Shown: positions 31,273 through 42,586, counted from the stretch's first letter. The stretch is DNA of 64,000 nucleotides from Desulfomonilia bacterium (GCA_963664325.2 CAXXDQ010000004.1:832001-896000), one strand, 5' to 3'. Made by a program: numbers and translations. The notes: generated by a model not told the origin, from the sequence alone.

Positions 31273-32430
31273 ATGTCCCTCGAACTGAGCCAAAGAAACA
31301 GCTGTGTCATGCAGTCTGAAATCAGAAACATGACAATCGAATGCAACCGTATCGGCGGTATAAATCTGTCACAGGGCGTGTGCGACACGCCGGTTCCTGA
31401 TGAGGTTATCCAGGGTGCCAAGAAAGCCATGGACGACGGTATAAATATCTATACAAATTATGCCGGACTGACGGACCTGAGAACCGCCATTGCAGAAAAA
31501 CAAAGGCGTTTCTATGGCATGGATGTAAATCCAGAGAACGAAATCATTGTCAGCGCAGGCGCGACCGGAGTCTTTTACTGCGCATGCTTTGCCCTGCTCG
31601 ACCCGGGCGATGAAGTAATAGTCTTTGAACCATATTACGGCTATCATGTAAGCACCCTGAACGTGCTCGGCGTAGTGCCTGTCTATGTCAGGATGGAACC
31701 CCCTGACTGGATATTTTCAATGAAAGACCTTGAAAAAGTGCTTACGAATCGAACAAAAGGCATCATAATTAACACGCCGGCAAACCCTTCCGGCAAGGTT
31801 TTCAGCTTTTCGGAGCTTGAGATGCTCTCTGAATTTGCCATAAGGCACGACCTATTCGTTTTCACCGACGAGATTTACGAGCACTTCCTTTATGACGGCG
31901 TCAGGCATGTTCCGCCGGCAAAACTTCCAGGAATGTATGAACGCACGATATCGATCTCAGGGGCCTCGAAGATGTTCAGCGTTACAGGCTGGCGTCTCGG
32001 ATGGTGCATATGCGATGCAAAGTGGTCACAGGCCATAGGTTTTTTCAATGATCTTGTTTATGTCTGCGCGCCTGCTCCTCTGCAGGCTGGAGTTGCCGCC
32101 GGCATTATAAAGCTCGGCAATGACTATTATGATGGACTCTCAACTGATTTTGAAGGGAAGCGTGCCATGATATGCGAAGCTCTTGCAGCTGCAGGGCTTA
32201 AACCTCATATCCCGCAGGGTTCCTATTATGTGCTGGCAGATATAAGCGGTGTCCCGGGCAAATCAAGCAAGGAAAAAGCCCTTTATATCCTTCATAAGAC
32301 CGGCGTTGCAAGCGTACCCGGCAACGCCTTTTATCATGATAACGGCGGAGAATGCCTGGCCAGGTTTTGCTTTGCTAAAGAAGATGCCGTCCTCGAAGAG
32401 GCCTGCAAAAGGCTTAAAAAGCTTGAATAA
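31273..32430 (+). CDS. Class I PLP aminotransferase
   Basis: INLSQG, NTPANPSG, DEIY, SKMFSVTGWRLG; start after the AGGAG SD. Confidence 0.92.
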   Translation: MSLELSQRNSCVMQSEIRNMTIECNRIGGINLSQGVCDTPVPDEVIQGAKKAMDDGINIYTNYAGLTDLRTAIAEKQRRFYGMDVNPENEIIVSAGATGVFYCACFALLDPGDEVIVFEPYYGYHVSTLNVLGVVPVYVRMEPPDWIFSMKDLEKVLTNRTKGIIINTPANPSGKVFSFSELEMLSEFAIRHDLFVFTDEIYEHFLYDGVRHVPPAKLPGMYERTISISGASKMFSVTGWRLGWCICDAKWSQAIGFFNDLVYVCAPAPLQAGVAAGIIKLGNDYYDGLSTDFEGKRAMICEALAAAGLKPHIPQGSYYVLADISGVPGKSSKEKALYILHKTGVASVPGNAFYHDNGGECLARFCFAKEDAVLEEACKRLKKLE

Positions 32431-32645
32431 CCGTTAGATGCAAGGAATTGAGATAAAGGAAAATATGATATATTAAATATGCTATAAGAAGCATAATAAA
32501 TGTTCACAAGATATCCTGTTTTGTTATATGATTTTAAAAGTGCGGTATCTGTTCACATCCGGAAGCTCTTTCCTGGAAGAGATGACCGAATGGCTGTTTG
32601 AGCTTTAAGAAATTGAATTACAACATTACAGGAAGAGGAGGAAGA

Positions 32646-34073
32646 ATGAAGGATTATAAATATATTTATATTAATGGAAGATGGGTGGCACCCGTAGGTA
32701 ATGAAACCGTTGATGTAATAAATCCTTGCAACGAAGAAGTGATAGCAAAATGCTCCATGGGTAATGCCGAGGATGTTGACATGGCGGTTAAATGCGCCAG
32801 AAACGCCTTTCCTTCATGGTCAAAGACGCCGGTATCAGAGCGCATCTCGATTATTTCAAAGCTTGCCCAGGCCATGACGTCCAGGCAGAACGAGATAGGC
32901 GATATCATTGCACTGGAAATGGGTATGCCCTCAGCCTGGTCAAGAATGATACAGGCCGGTCTTCCAATTGCGACACTGAACAGCTTCGTTCCCATTCTGG
33001 AAAACTATGAATTCGAATATCCCATGGCAGGAACCCAGATCGTGAAAGAAGCCATCGGGGTCTGCGGTTTCATTACACCGTGGAATTATCCCATGCATCA
33101 GATAATCGGCAAGGTAGCTCCTGCTCTGGCGGCCGGGTGTACGATGGTCCTGAAGCCCAGCCAGCTGGCCCCGCTTGACTCCTATATACTGGCCGAAATT
33201 ATAGATGGGATCGGACTTCCTCCAGGGGTCTTCAACCTCGTTCTCGGTGCAGGCTCCAGGGTGGGGCATGCCCTGGCGTCACATAAAGACATAGATATGG
33301 TCTCGCTAACCGGGTCCACCAGGTCCGGAACCATGGTCGCCCAGGCCGCTGCCGAAACCATCAAACGGGTTACCCTGGAACTCGGGGGAAAATCCCCTAA
33401 CGTCATTCTGGATGATGCCGATATTACTACGGCTGTACTGAAAGGGGTGTATGGCTGCTTTTTGAATTCGGGTCAGACATGCATCGCCCTCTCAAGGATG
33501 ATAGTCCCGGCGAACAAACAGAATGAGATTGTCGAGCTTGCAAAGGCGACTGTGGAATCGCTGAAGATGGGTGACGCGTTTGAAGACGGAGTTTATCTCG
33601 GGCCCATGGTGGATGATCACCAGCGGCAGTCGGTGCGTGATTACATCCGTTCTGGCATAAGCGAAGGGGCAACGCTTGTAACCGGTGGTCCTGAACGGCC
33701 GGAGAACCTTGAAAAAGGGTATTTCGTCAAGCCTACCCTTTTTGCGGATGTCCAACCCGACATGACCATTGCCAGGGATGAGATATTCGGTCCCGTGTTA
33801 TGCATAATACCATACCGGAGCGAGGAAGAGGCTGTTGAGATAGCCAACAACACCGTCTATGGTCTGTCGGGCTCTGTTTGGTCAGGGGATATGGAGAGGG
33901 CGCGCAGAGTGTCAAAACAGATCCGTTCCGGACAGGTATTTATAAACGGCGCCGACTTTGATATCAATGCACCTGCCGGAGGATACAAACAGTCCGGCAT
34001 CGGCCGGGAAAGGAGCAAATACGGGCTCGAGGAATACCTGGAAATCAAGGCTCTGATAGGCCACAACAGGTAA
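32646..34073 (+). CDS. Aldehyde dehydrogenase
   Basis: PWNYP, LTGS, LELGGKS, GQTC, EIFGP. Confidence 0.95.
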   Translation: MKDYKYIYINGRWVAPVGNETVDVINPCNEEVIAKCSMGNAEDVDMAVKCARNAFPSWSKTPVSERISIISKLAQAMTSRQNEIGDIIALEMGMPSAWSRMIQAGLPIATLNSFVPILENYEFEYPMAGTQIVKEAIGVCGFITPWNYPMHQIIGKVAPALAAGCTMVLKPSQLAPLDSYILAEIIDGIGLPPGVFNLVLGAGSRVGHALASHKDIDMVSLTGSTRSGTMVAQAAAETIKRVTLELGGKSPNVILDDADITTAVLKGVYGCFLNSGQTCIALSRMIVPANKQNEIVELAKATVESLKMGDAFEDGVYLGPMVDDHQRQSVRDYIRSGISEGATLVTGGPERPENLEKGYFVKPTLFADVQPDMTIARDEIFGPVLCIIPYRSEEEAVEIANNTVYGLSGSVWSGDMERARRVSKQIRSGQVFINGADFDINAPAGGYKQSGIGRERSKYGLEEYLEIKALIGHNR

Positions 34074-34113
34074 TGTTGTTTTCATGATTAAGTATATAAA
34101 TATATCGGCGTAT

Positions 34114-35760
34114 TTATGACACGGACAGGATAAAGCATTTGGAACCGCCGCCACCCGAATCGCCCGCTTCTTGGCCAGGAGCAGCAGTGGCGGTCAATGT
34201 CATATCGTCCCCCAGTGATGCGCCTTCGGAATTAACGGCCACAATGCGGTAATGGTACAATGTCCCTGCGCTCAGACCTGAAATATTGACGCTGACAGGC
34301 TCGTTGATGTCTGAAGTTCCGGCTGAGGTGCTTTGTGTGGCGGTGCCGTAGGCAAGGCTGGTGCCGTATTCGAAATAGTATGCAGTCTCCAGTTCATTGG
34401 GATTCACTGTTCCATTGAGGGTCGCGCTGCTTTCCCCAAGAGCTGTTGCCATGGCGGTCGATACTACAGGCCGGGCGGAAATGGTTGTGAAAACCGATGC
34501 CGCACTGTAGACAGTCCCAAACGAGCTCTGCGCCGCAAGTCTGTACCAGTATTGGGTTCCCGGGGTCAATCCGGTCAACTCGGCACTGACCTCAAGGCTT
34601 TCTGTTCCGTAGCCTGCCGATGCCGCTGCGGTTGTATTGCCGTAATTCTGGTCAGTTCCGTATTCGAAATAATAGCTCGTTGCCTTGCCCCCAGGGTAGA
34701 CTGTTCCCTTCAGTGTCGCCCTTCTGGCAATAACGGGTGAGGCCGATTCTGCTGATGCGCGCGTCCAGTTGCCCGGTACAAGATATGCGACGGCACAGGA
34801 AACTGCCGCCGAGTCATATCTGATCCTCATGTAGCCGTTTTCTCCCCAGTTCTGTCCCCAGCTGTTGCGCAATATCCAGTAGCCTTCTCCGTTGTTATCA
34901 TCCCAGCCCACAAGGGCAACGGCATGATCTGTCTGGGTGTAATAGCAGGGCACACCTGAACAGATGTCATTGGTGTCCTCATATATGCCGCTTTCATAAG
35001 CCATAAAGGCAGAGGTTATTTCGACCGCGGCATCTACCGGACCGTATGTAATGATGGCTGTTTTTATGGCGTCTGTGTCGCTGCAGGAAATCCTGTGCCA
35101 TGAATCGAAGCTGACCAGCTGGTTTTCTGTGGCGGTGTATGCTTCAGGCTCGTTTACGGTATATGGAAATTCAGAGTCCCTGATTATGCCAATATCTACC
35201 AGGGCCTGGAGCTCATAATAGCCATAGTCGGCACCATCGCAGCCGTAGAAATGGGAACCGTATTCGCTCATGCCGCCGAGGCTCCAGATTATATAGGATT
35301 CGGAGAAATCAGCGCAATCGCCGTCAATGTTATTGGTAGAAACGTTATAGACCCCCTCTGCGGCTGCAGCTGCCGCAAACCCATAACATGAACCGCAGTC
35401 CCCCTGGTCCCTGACCGGCCCTATATACGACTTTCCGTTTTCATTCCTTAAGTCAAAGCTTGATGGAAGCGCCCGGCCGAGGTTTTCCGCAAGGGGGCCA
35501 ATATCTTCAGCCTCAGGATTATGGACTATTATCGGGGGCAGCCTTCTTTTAAAGAGTTTCTTTTTATCTTCCGTAGGCAGATTGAATATGCTGTTCGGCT
35601 TGACAGAGAAATTGTATCCGTTATGAATAATCTTCTGCTGTATGGTTTCTATGCTGTCGGAATCTTCGAACAGCAGCTTATCAGATGCAAAAAGAGGCAG
35701 TACGGGAAAAAAGAGCATCACAGAAGCTATAATCATGAATAAACTTGAGCGCGTTATCAT
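34114..35760 (-). CDS. Secreted papain-family (C1A) cysteine protease with two FN3-like repeats and a Gly-rich CFI tail
   Basis: QGDCGSCYGF, HAVALVGW, NSWG; two YYFEYGT...LTPGT.Y.YR-type repeats; ends GGGGSKCFILSVS. Confidence 0.9.
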   Translation of the reverse strand: MITRSSLFMIIASVMLFFPVLPLFASDKLLFEDSDSIETIQQKIIHNGYNFSVKPNSIFNLPTEDKKKLFKRRLPPIIVHNPEAEDIGPLAENLGRALPSSFDLRNENGKSYIGPVRDQGDCGSCYGFAAAAAAEGVYNVSTNNIDGDCADFSESYIIWSLGGMSEYGSHFYGCDGADYGYYELQALVDIGIIRDSEFPYTVNEPEAYTATENQLVSFDSWHRISCSDTDAIKTAIITYGPVDAAVEITSAFMAYESGIYEDTNDICSGVPCYYTQTDHAVALVGWDDNNGEGYWILRNSWGQNWGENGYMRIRYDSAAVSCAVAYLVPGNWTRASAESASPVIARRATLKGTVYPGGKATSYYFEYGTDQNYGNTTAAASAGYGTESLEVSAELTGLTPGTQYWYRLAAQSSFGTVYSAASVFTTISARPVVSTAMATALGESSATLNGTVNPNELETAYYFEYGTSLAYGTATQSTSAGTSDINEPVSVNISGLSAGTLYHYRIVAVNSEGASLGDDMTLTATAAPGQEAGDSGGGGSKCFILSVS

Positions 35761-35818
35761 TTCTCCAGGATATTCCTCTAAAAATATAAACGGCAAAAAT
35801 TAAGATTACTTTAGAATA

Positions 35819-35850
35819 AAAAAATCCCCTCCCCGTTAGGGGAGAGGTTT
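35819..35850 (-). terminator. Rho-independent terminator after the Spy/CpxP-like gene
   Basis: Minus strand CCTCTCCCC-TAAC-GGGGAGGGG followed by a T-run. Confidence 0.6.
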
Positions 35851-35905
35851 GAATTGGGGGTTTAATAAAAGGAGGTTTCTATGAGTTTTGGGTTTGGTTT
35901 ATCAC

Positions 35906-36424
35906 TTATTTAGTCGGAGCCTGTTTAGTATTTGTATCGTCTGAATAAGGACATCTGCTCTTACTATGGCATCCTTTCCAGCCTGTCTTGCAGGGACGGT
36001 CCTTTTCCCATGCCTTGATCTTCTCCAGAAGCATCTTCTGCTGCTTTGCGTCCAGCGTATTGTAGAACTGCGTGAAATAATCCACCATCTTGACGCCCGG
36101 ATTGGGCTCTGCAGCTATCTTTGTCTTGATATCCGCGGCCAGTGCGTTAATGTCCGGATTCCCCTTTGCTATCGCCTTGTCAATCTCTGAATGGAACGAC
36201 TGCATTCTTTCACGATGGGCTTTCATATCACTTGCGATGTTTTTCTTTATGGATTCAAGCTGTGCTTTTTGCGATTGCGTAAGATTAAGGTCTTTTACTT
36301 GTTTGTCTATCATTTTCCCCGGGTCGCCGAAACAGCCCGGGCCGAACCCTTCCCTGCATCCGGCAAACGCTAGCAGTGAGAAAACAACCATCAAGCCTGA
36401 CGTTATGTACAATATCCTTTTCAT
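35906..36424 (-). CDS. Spy/CpxP-family periplasmic chaperone, probable lipoprotein
   Basis: Lipobox-like LAFAGC; LNLTQSQK and LDAKQQ LTxxQ-type motifs; divergent from a two-component system. Confidence 0.75.
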   Translation of the reverse strand: MKRILYITSGLMVVFSLLAFAGCREGFGPGCFGDPGKMIDKQVKDLNLTQSQKAQLESIKKNIASDMKAHRERMQSFHSEIDKAIAKGNPDINALAADIKTKIAAEPNPGVKMVDYFTQFYNTLDAKQQKMLLEKIKAWEKDRPCKTGWKGCHSKSRCPYSDDTNTKQAPTK

Positions 36425-36495
36425 TTTTTTCTCCTTGTTCATTTTTGTTATGGGCGTTATTTATCCCCAAAATGTAAAAGGCGTATGTCGGAATT

Positions 36496-36510
36496 GTAAA
36501 AAATTGTAAA
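36496..36510. promoter_or_regulatory. CpxR-type direct repeat GTAAA-N5-GTAAA
   Basis: GTAAAAAATTGTAAA; extra GTAAA half-site at 36474. Confidence 0.65.
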
Positions 36511-36569
36511 CTTATGAAAAAGACGGTAAATTGCCTTGAGAATAAAATAAAAGCGTAGCAAAAAGTTAA

Positions 36570-37268
36570 ATGAAAATGGAAAAGAAAGTCCTTATTATTG
36601 ATGATGACGTAAAACTCAGAGACCTTCTTAAAGAATATCTCGAGGGATTCGGGTATCAGGTGAGCTGGCTGCCTGACGGTTCCAGGACACTGGAAATAAT
36701 AAAGGATTCACCACCTGACATAGTTATCCTTGATGTCATGATGCCTGGCGAAGACGGGATAGAGGTACTCAGGAAAATTCGAACAAAATACCAGACTCCG
36801 GTGATAATGCTGACGGCTCGCGGGGAAGACTCGGACAGGATAATAGGTCTTGAGCTCGGAGCGGATGACTATCTGCCCAAACCCTTTAACCCTCGTGAAC
36901 TGCTGGCCAGGATGAAAGCCGTTTTGAGAAGAGCGGACAGCAGCCCGGCATCTGAAGCCGATGATATGATATCTTCTGGCGGCCTTACTCTTAACAGGCT
37001 CAGACAGCGGATTTTGTACCAGGATAAGGAAGCTGATCTTTCAACAACCGAATTCAAGCTTATCGAGGCGTTCATGGAAAGGCCGGGCTCGGTTCTTTCA
37101 AGGGACGAATTGATGAATCTGGCCCGCGGACGTGATTTCATGGCCTTTGACAGGAGCATCGACGTTCACGTGAGCAGGCTGAGGGCAAAGCTGGAAGAAC
37201 TGACTGGGAGCCGTGACTGGATCAAGACACACTGGGGGTCAGGCTACCTCTTTACGAAGGTGTTATGA
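36570..37268 (+). CDS. OmpR/CpxR-family response regulator
   Basis: IIDDD, LDVMMP, GADDYLPKPF, DRSIDVHVSRLR. Confidence 0.95.
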   Translation: MKMEKKVLIIDDDVKLRDLLKEYLEGFGYQVSWLPDGSRTLEIIKDSPPDIVILDVMMPGEDGIEVLRKIRTKYQTPVIMLTARGEDSDRIIGLELGADDYLPKPFNPRELLARMKAVLRRADSSPASEADDMISSGGLTLNRLRQRILYQDKEADLSTTEFKLIEAFMERPGSVLSRDELMNLARGRDFMAFDRSIDVHVSRLRAKLEELTGSRDWIKTHWGSGYLFTKVL

Positions 37269-38636
37269 GGACTCCCAAACTCTATATAAAATTCTTTCTT
37301 ACTTTTCTCGCGATCTTTGTTGTAACCGAACTGATGATATTCTCGTTTTTCCATTATGTGGTCGGAAAAAAAATGGCTGCCCATATGGCCGATGTAAACC
37401 GCTATGCCGTAACAAGCCTTATTGAAGACAGGCTTTTTAAAACCCCTGGTTTAAACCCCAAGGAAAACCCCCATCTGAGGAAACTGCTTGTGGAACTGGG
37501 AAGGGTATATCATGCAAACGTATGGATAACCCAAAATAAAATGATAATATGCAGCTCTGAAATTATACCGTGCATGACTCCCGGAGAATGTCCCAGGGGA
37601 ACGACATACGGTTATGAAAAGGACATCCGTGAATATGGGGGAAGATTCTTCTCCGTAGCTATCAGACTCCCGGATGGAAGGACAGGCATTCTGAACATGT
37701 CGCTGAGACCTCCGCCCAGACAGCCTCATGACCTGGTCTTCGCCATGGGACTTGGTGGCATAGGCGTCATAATTGCGTTGATGCTTTTCCCGCTTTACAG
37801 ATTTATTTCCAGGCCGTTGGGCGAATTGAGGGATACGGCCATGGTGATAGCATCAGGCGACCTTTCTGCAAGGGCTCCCGTCAGAAGTTCCGATGAAATA
37901 GGGGAACTGGCAAACGCGTTTAATAAAATGGCCGACAATGTAGAACGCATGGTGAAATCCACACGTGAACTTACCGCAAATATTTCGCATGAACTGCGCT
38001 CGCCCCTTGCACGGATCCTGGTGGCGGAAGAGCTTCTCGAAGAAAAGCTCGGGCAGTCCGAGAACGCGAGACACTATCTTGAAAGCATAAGGAGAAGAAA
38101 CCGCGGAAATAGACAGGATGATAGGTGACATCCTCAGGTTGAGCAAACTCGATATGAATGTCGCAAATGCCCAGAAGTCAGAATTCAATATTGCGGGAAT
38201 GCTTAAAGAACTTGTCATGAGATTGGAACGCATCAGCCGAACATTCAGGCATAAAAATTGATCTCAATATTCCAGGTTCTCCGGTTGCGGGTTAATGCAA
38301 TAAAGGACGACATAAACCGGGCGCTGGACAATCTGATTGCAAATTCAATTAAGTTCTCAGACGGGAAAGGCCCGGGTAACAATCAGACTGGAAGTTAATG
38401 CAGGCAGAGTCCTGATAGGTATCAGGAATACATGCCCCCCGCTTTCGAAAGAGGAGCCTTGACAAAATATTCCAGCCTTTCTACAGGGTTCCCGGCAGCA
38501 CGCCGCAGGGAACGGGGCTGGGCCTCACCATAGCCCCGGAAGATTTCGGAAAACAACGGCGGCAGCCTCAGTGCATCATCATGGGGAATCCGGCATAGAA
38601 ATGCTGTTTTCTGTACCTTATGGCGGCAGCGCTTAG
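37265..38636 (+). CDS. HAMP sensor histidine kinase, 3' half frameshifted several times
   Basis: HAMP, SHELRSPL; N-box (DNLIANSIKF), F-box (IFQPFYR) and GTGLGL lie in shifting frames. Confidence 0.85.
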
Positions 38637-38706
38637 GCTGGTTCTGATCTTTTAAAATTACTATCCGCTGTTCACCGGTGCAATTTTTTTTTTATATAAT
38701 TCTCGA

Positions 38707-39563
38707 ATGGAGATTTCCAAGAAATCGATTATATACGTACCCGACGGTATAGAACCGGGTGTTGCACTCGCCCGGACAACACACATGGCAATAGGTCCGC
38801 CCATCAGGACGATGCCGAGATAATAGCGCATGACATCATCTCCCAGTGTTTTGACAATCCCTTCAAGTGGTTTACCTGTATCGTTGTGGCAGACGGTGCA
38901 GGAAGTGCGAGAAAGGGAAAATATTCAGAAATTTCAAAAGCGGAACTTGTAAAGATAAGAAATGCAGAACAGAAGGAAGCCGCCCGGACAGGAGATTACG
39001 GGGGCGCTTATACTGCTGGGGGCATCCAAGCGGTATTGTCAAAAATCCCAATCAGATCGTCGTAACGGATGAATTGAGGGGTATTTTGAAATGGGCAAAA
39101 CCGGATTACATTTACACTCACAATCCGTTTGACGTTCATGATACGCATGTTGCCGTTCTGCTCAGGACACTGGATGCCCTCAGACGCCTTTCCGGTGAAT
39201 ATATGCCCGAAAAGGTCTACGGATGCGAAGTGTGGAGAAGCCTCGACTGGCTGCTGCCTGAAGACCGAATACCGATTGATGTTTTCGCTTCGGCCTGAAC
39301 TGGCTAAAAATCTGCTTGGGCTCTTTGAATCGCAGATCGGTTCCGGTAAGCGGTACGACCTTGCAGTACTGGGCAGGAGGCTTGCGAATGCCACCTTTGA
39401 CAGTGCGGTAAACCCCGATGCTTCAGATGCTCTCAGCTATGCAATTGACCTGAAACCTTTGATAGACAGTCCGGGTCTTGATATGAGTGTATTCGTAAGG
39501 GAATTCCTCGACAGGTTCAAAGACGATGTAATAAGCCGAATAGAAAGGCTTGGGGGAATCTGA
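38707..39563 (+). CDS. PIG-L/LmbE family deacetylase (frameshifted)
   Basis: AHQDDAE, DGAGS, R..EQ, THN..D.HDTH across frames. Confidence 0.8.
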
Positions 39564-40564
39564 TGAAAAAGAAGGCTGCCTGTTTTAACGTGATTAAGGA
39601 GATGTTTGAGGCAGCCGATGCGATCCGAAATTTTAACCCCGGGGTTGTTAAAGATTTTACCTGTGAAGCGAAGGGATACAATATGCTGTTTTTTACCGGA
39701 GAAGGAAGCAGCAGGATGTTTCCCGCAGCCCATGCCGTGTGGCTTTCCATGAGGCATGGAGGACCTGCCCCTGGCCTTTTCAGCTGGCTCGGACAGAGGC
39801 CCTTGCTTATGACCTTAAAAACTGTGCGGTATTTGCGGCGACAAATTCAGGCATGACAAAAGAGACCATAAGGCTTTTAACCAGACTCGGTTCAGAAGGC
39901 CATCAGGCCCTTTATGCAGTCACGAATTCCCCTGGAACACCTGTAACAGAAGCCGCAAGCAGGACATACATCCTTTCATGCGGTATGGAAATGGCGATAC
40001 CGGCAACAAAAAGCCTGATCGAACAGGCGCTCTTTTACCACGCGCTCATTTTTGATATGGCCGGCACCCCGCTGGATGGCCTCATGGAGACGGGGAACGT
40101 CTTTGAAGAGGCGTTGTCGCAGGATATACCAGCTGTGCTTGTTGAAAAGACGGCCGGGGCGCCTTTTATATATTTTGCAGGATGGAACAATGGGGTGGCC
40201 GAAGAATTGTCGCTGAAGGCGGGGGAACTTTTACGGAAGAAAACGAGGTTCCTTGAAGGCACGATACTGCTTCACGGAATAGGAAGAGGTGATGGATAAG
40301 GGCGAGATGGTGGTGCTGATTGATCCGTTTGAAGAGGATGAAGCCCTGATAAAAAAAAGGCTTGAAGAGAATATTGGTGTTCATGTCATTGCAGTTTCTG
40401 AAAGACAAACCCTGTTTCCGACCATTCTTATTCCGCAGGCCCCAGGTTTTGAATGTTATATCCAGATGGCCGCGGCCTGGAACATGCTGGTAAAGGCGGG
40501 CCTGCTGCTGGGGCTGGACATTGATCATCCTGCAAGGGTGAAGAAGGTCGGCAATGCAGTATGA
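39563..40564 (+). CDS. SIS-domain sugar isomerase/deaminase (frameshifted)
   Basis: TGEGSS, NSGMTKET, ATKS, EELSLK, LLHG. Confidence 0.8.
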
Positions 40565-40711
40565 TTCTCTTCTGAATTCAAAACATGCCAGTGCATTCTC
40601 TGCCGGAACACCACTCGATATGCCCGAAAGTATGCCTCTTGCGCTTCCTGTCGGCTTTCCTGGCATCATTACGAATGCAAACCGGAATAAATATCATTAG
40701 ATAAGGAGATA

Positions 40712-41511
40712 ATGATGAAAAAATTAATCTCTGCCGTTGCTCTTTTTACAGGACTGGCCGGGCTGGCAGCTCTTTCTGGGTGTTCAGATGTCCCTACAGG
40801 CAGCCTTCTTGAAGGAGTAAAACCCGGTCCCGATGGAAAGATTAATGTTGTGACTGTTTTCAGCCATCCTGATGATGAAACATTCTATACCGGCGGCACG
40901 CTCCCTGAAGATGAAAAAGGATCCGAGGGTCAGGCTCCACATAGTCTGCTTGACCAACGGCAACATGGACGAGGCAAAGGAAAATCTCGGGATTACGAGG
41001 ATCAGCTTGGTAAATTCAGAAAGAAGAGCTGAAACTTGCAGGTCTGGTGCTTGGAGCCGACAGTGTCGTCTGTCTCGACTATGACGACCAGGGACTTGAA
41101 CCTGCCGACAAAGAAATAATGCTTAAACGCGTGCTTGATGAAATTAGTAAGAGCAATGCGGCAATAGTAATCACTAACGACCCGTTCGGGCTTTCGGGAC
41201 ACCCGGATCACATCGCCTGCAACAGTGTTGCCAAAAAGGCGTTTGATAAATCCTCGGCGCAAAGGCTTTACTATATAACCATGACGCCCTGGCGCTATAA
41301 ATACAACATGATTTTCGCCCTGTCGGATTCAAAAGCGGAAAAGTCAAAACCGAGTATGCGCGTAGACATATCAAAGGAAAAGAAACTCAAGAAACTGGCC
41401 CTTTACAGCCATGTGACACAGGCCAATTTCTCGTTCTGGAACTCGATCGCCATGACAGAGGACCTCTGGTACAACTACGAGTATTTTACACTTGCGGGAC
41501 AGAAACAATAA
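40712..41511 (+). CDS. PIG-L family deacetylase lipoprotein (frameshifted)
   Basis: Lipobox LSGC, SHPDDE, CLTNG, GHPDH. Confidence 0.8.
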
Positions 41512-42424
41512 TTGAAAAGACCGGCATACATTCATTTACATGAGAATGGCATCCTGGCTGATCGAATTGAAAGGGCCATCGACTCATTAAAAGAATGCAG
41601 ACTATGCCCCAGAGGCTGCTGCGCTGACAGGCTTAAAGGACCAAACGGTTTCTGCCGTACAGGGAGATATGCTAAAGTGGCCAGCTACGGCCCGCATTTC
41701 GGGGAGGAAGCTCCGCTTATCGGTTCTCACGGCTCAGGGACAATATTTTTTTCATCCTGCAACCTGCTCTGTTCCTTCTGCCAGAACCATGGCATCAGCT
41801 TCGGCAATATCGGAAATGAAGTAAGACCTGATGAACTCGCCTCAATAATGCTTGAGCTTCAGTGCGCCGGTTGCCACAATATAAATTTCGTCACGCCCTC
41901 ACATGTAGTTCCTCAAATCCTAGAGGCAATACCTGCCGCCATTGAAAAAAGGTCTTAACATTCCCCTGGTTTTCAATACAGGCGGTTATGATTCAGTAAA
42001 AACTCTTAAGCTTTTGGACGGCATTTTTGACATATATATGCCTGACTTCAAGTTCTGGGACAATGAACATGCCAGGCGTTTCTGCAATGTTGATGATTAC
42101 AGAGAGGCGGCCTGTGAGGCGATAACTGAAATGCACACCCAGGTTGGAGATCTGGTGATTGAAAGCGGAATCGCCGTTAAAGGTGTTTTATTAAGGCACC
42201 TTGTAATGCCTGAAGGCGTTGCTGGTACAGGGGATGTGATGAATTTTATCGCCGGGAAGATTTCAATAAACACATATGTTAATATTATGAACCAGTACCG
42301 GCCGCACTTCAATGCAAACAGGGCTAACCTTATAGGCAGGTCCATAACTGAGGCTGAATTTTCTCAGGCGCTCTTATTTGCTGTCAGATCCGGACTGACA
42401 AGGATATGTGGTGTAACAATATGA
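41512..42424 (+). CDS. Radical SAM protein (PflX-like), one frameshift in the A-run near 41945
   Basis: CRLCPRGC, CNLLCSFCQN, HNINFVTP, DIYMPDFK, RHLVMP. Confidence 0.88.
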
Positions 42425-42573
42425 AATTAAAGATGCGAGCCTCTGACGATCTGATTTCAGCCGGGAGTGTATTTGCAGGGTTGGAAACAACAATCGGTCC
42501 TATTTACCTGACTTATGGACAGGCTGACAACGGGCAGAGCTCATTATATTTCTATCTGGGGCATATGTATTAA
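42421..42573 (+). pseudogene. C-terminal beta-barrel fragment resembling patatin/Omp85 (PlpD-like) proteins
   Basis: GSVFAGLETTIGPIYLTYGQADNGQSSLYFYLGHMY, a terminal beta-strand pattern ending in an aromatic residue. Confidence 0.6.
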
Positions 42574-42586
42574 TCGGAGGTAAAAC

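Noticed and set aside
41030-41050. TGA followed by GCAGGTCTG, resembling a SECIS
   Set aside because: The hairpin is too close to the UGA, and the true frame here (ELKLAGLVLG) is a different one; the TGA arises from frameshifts
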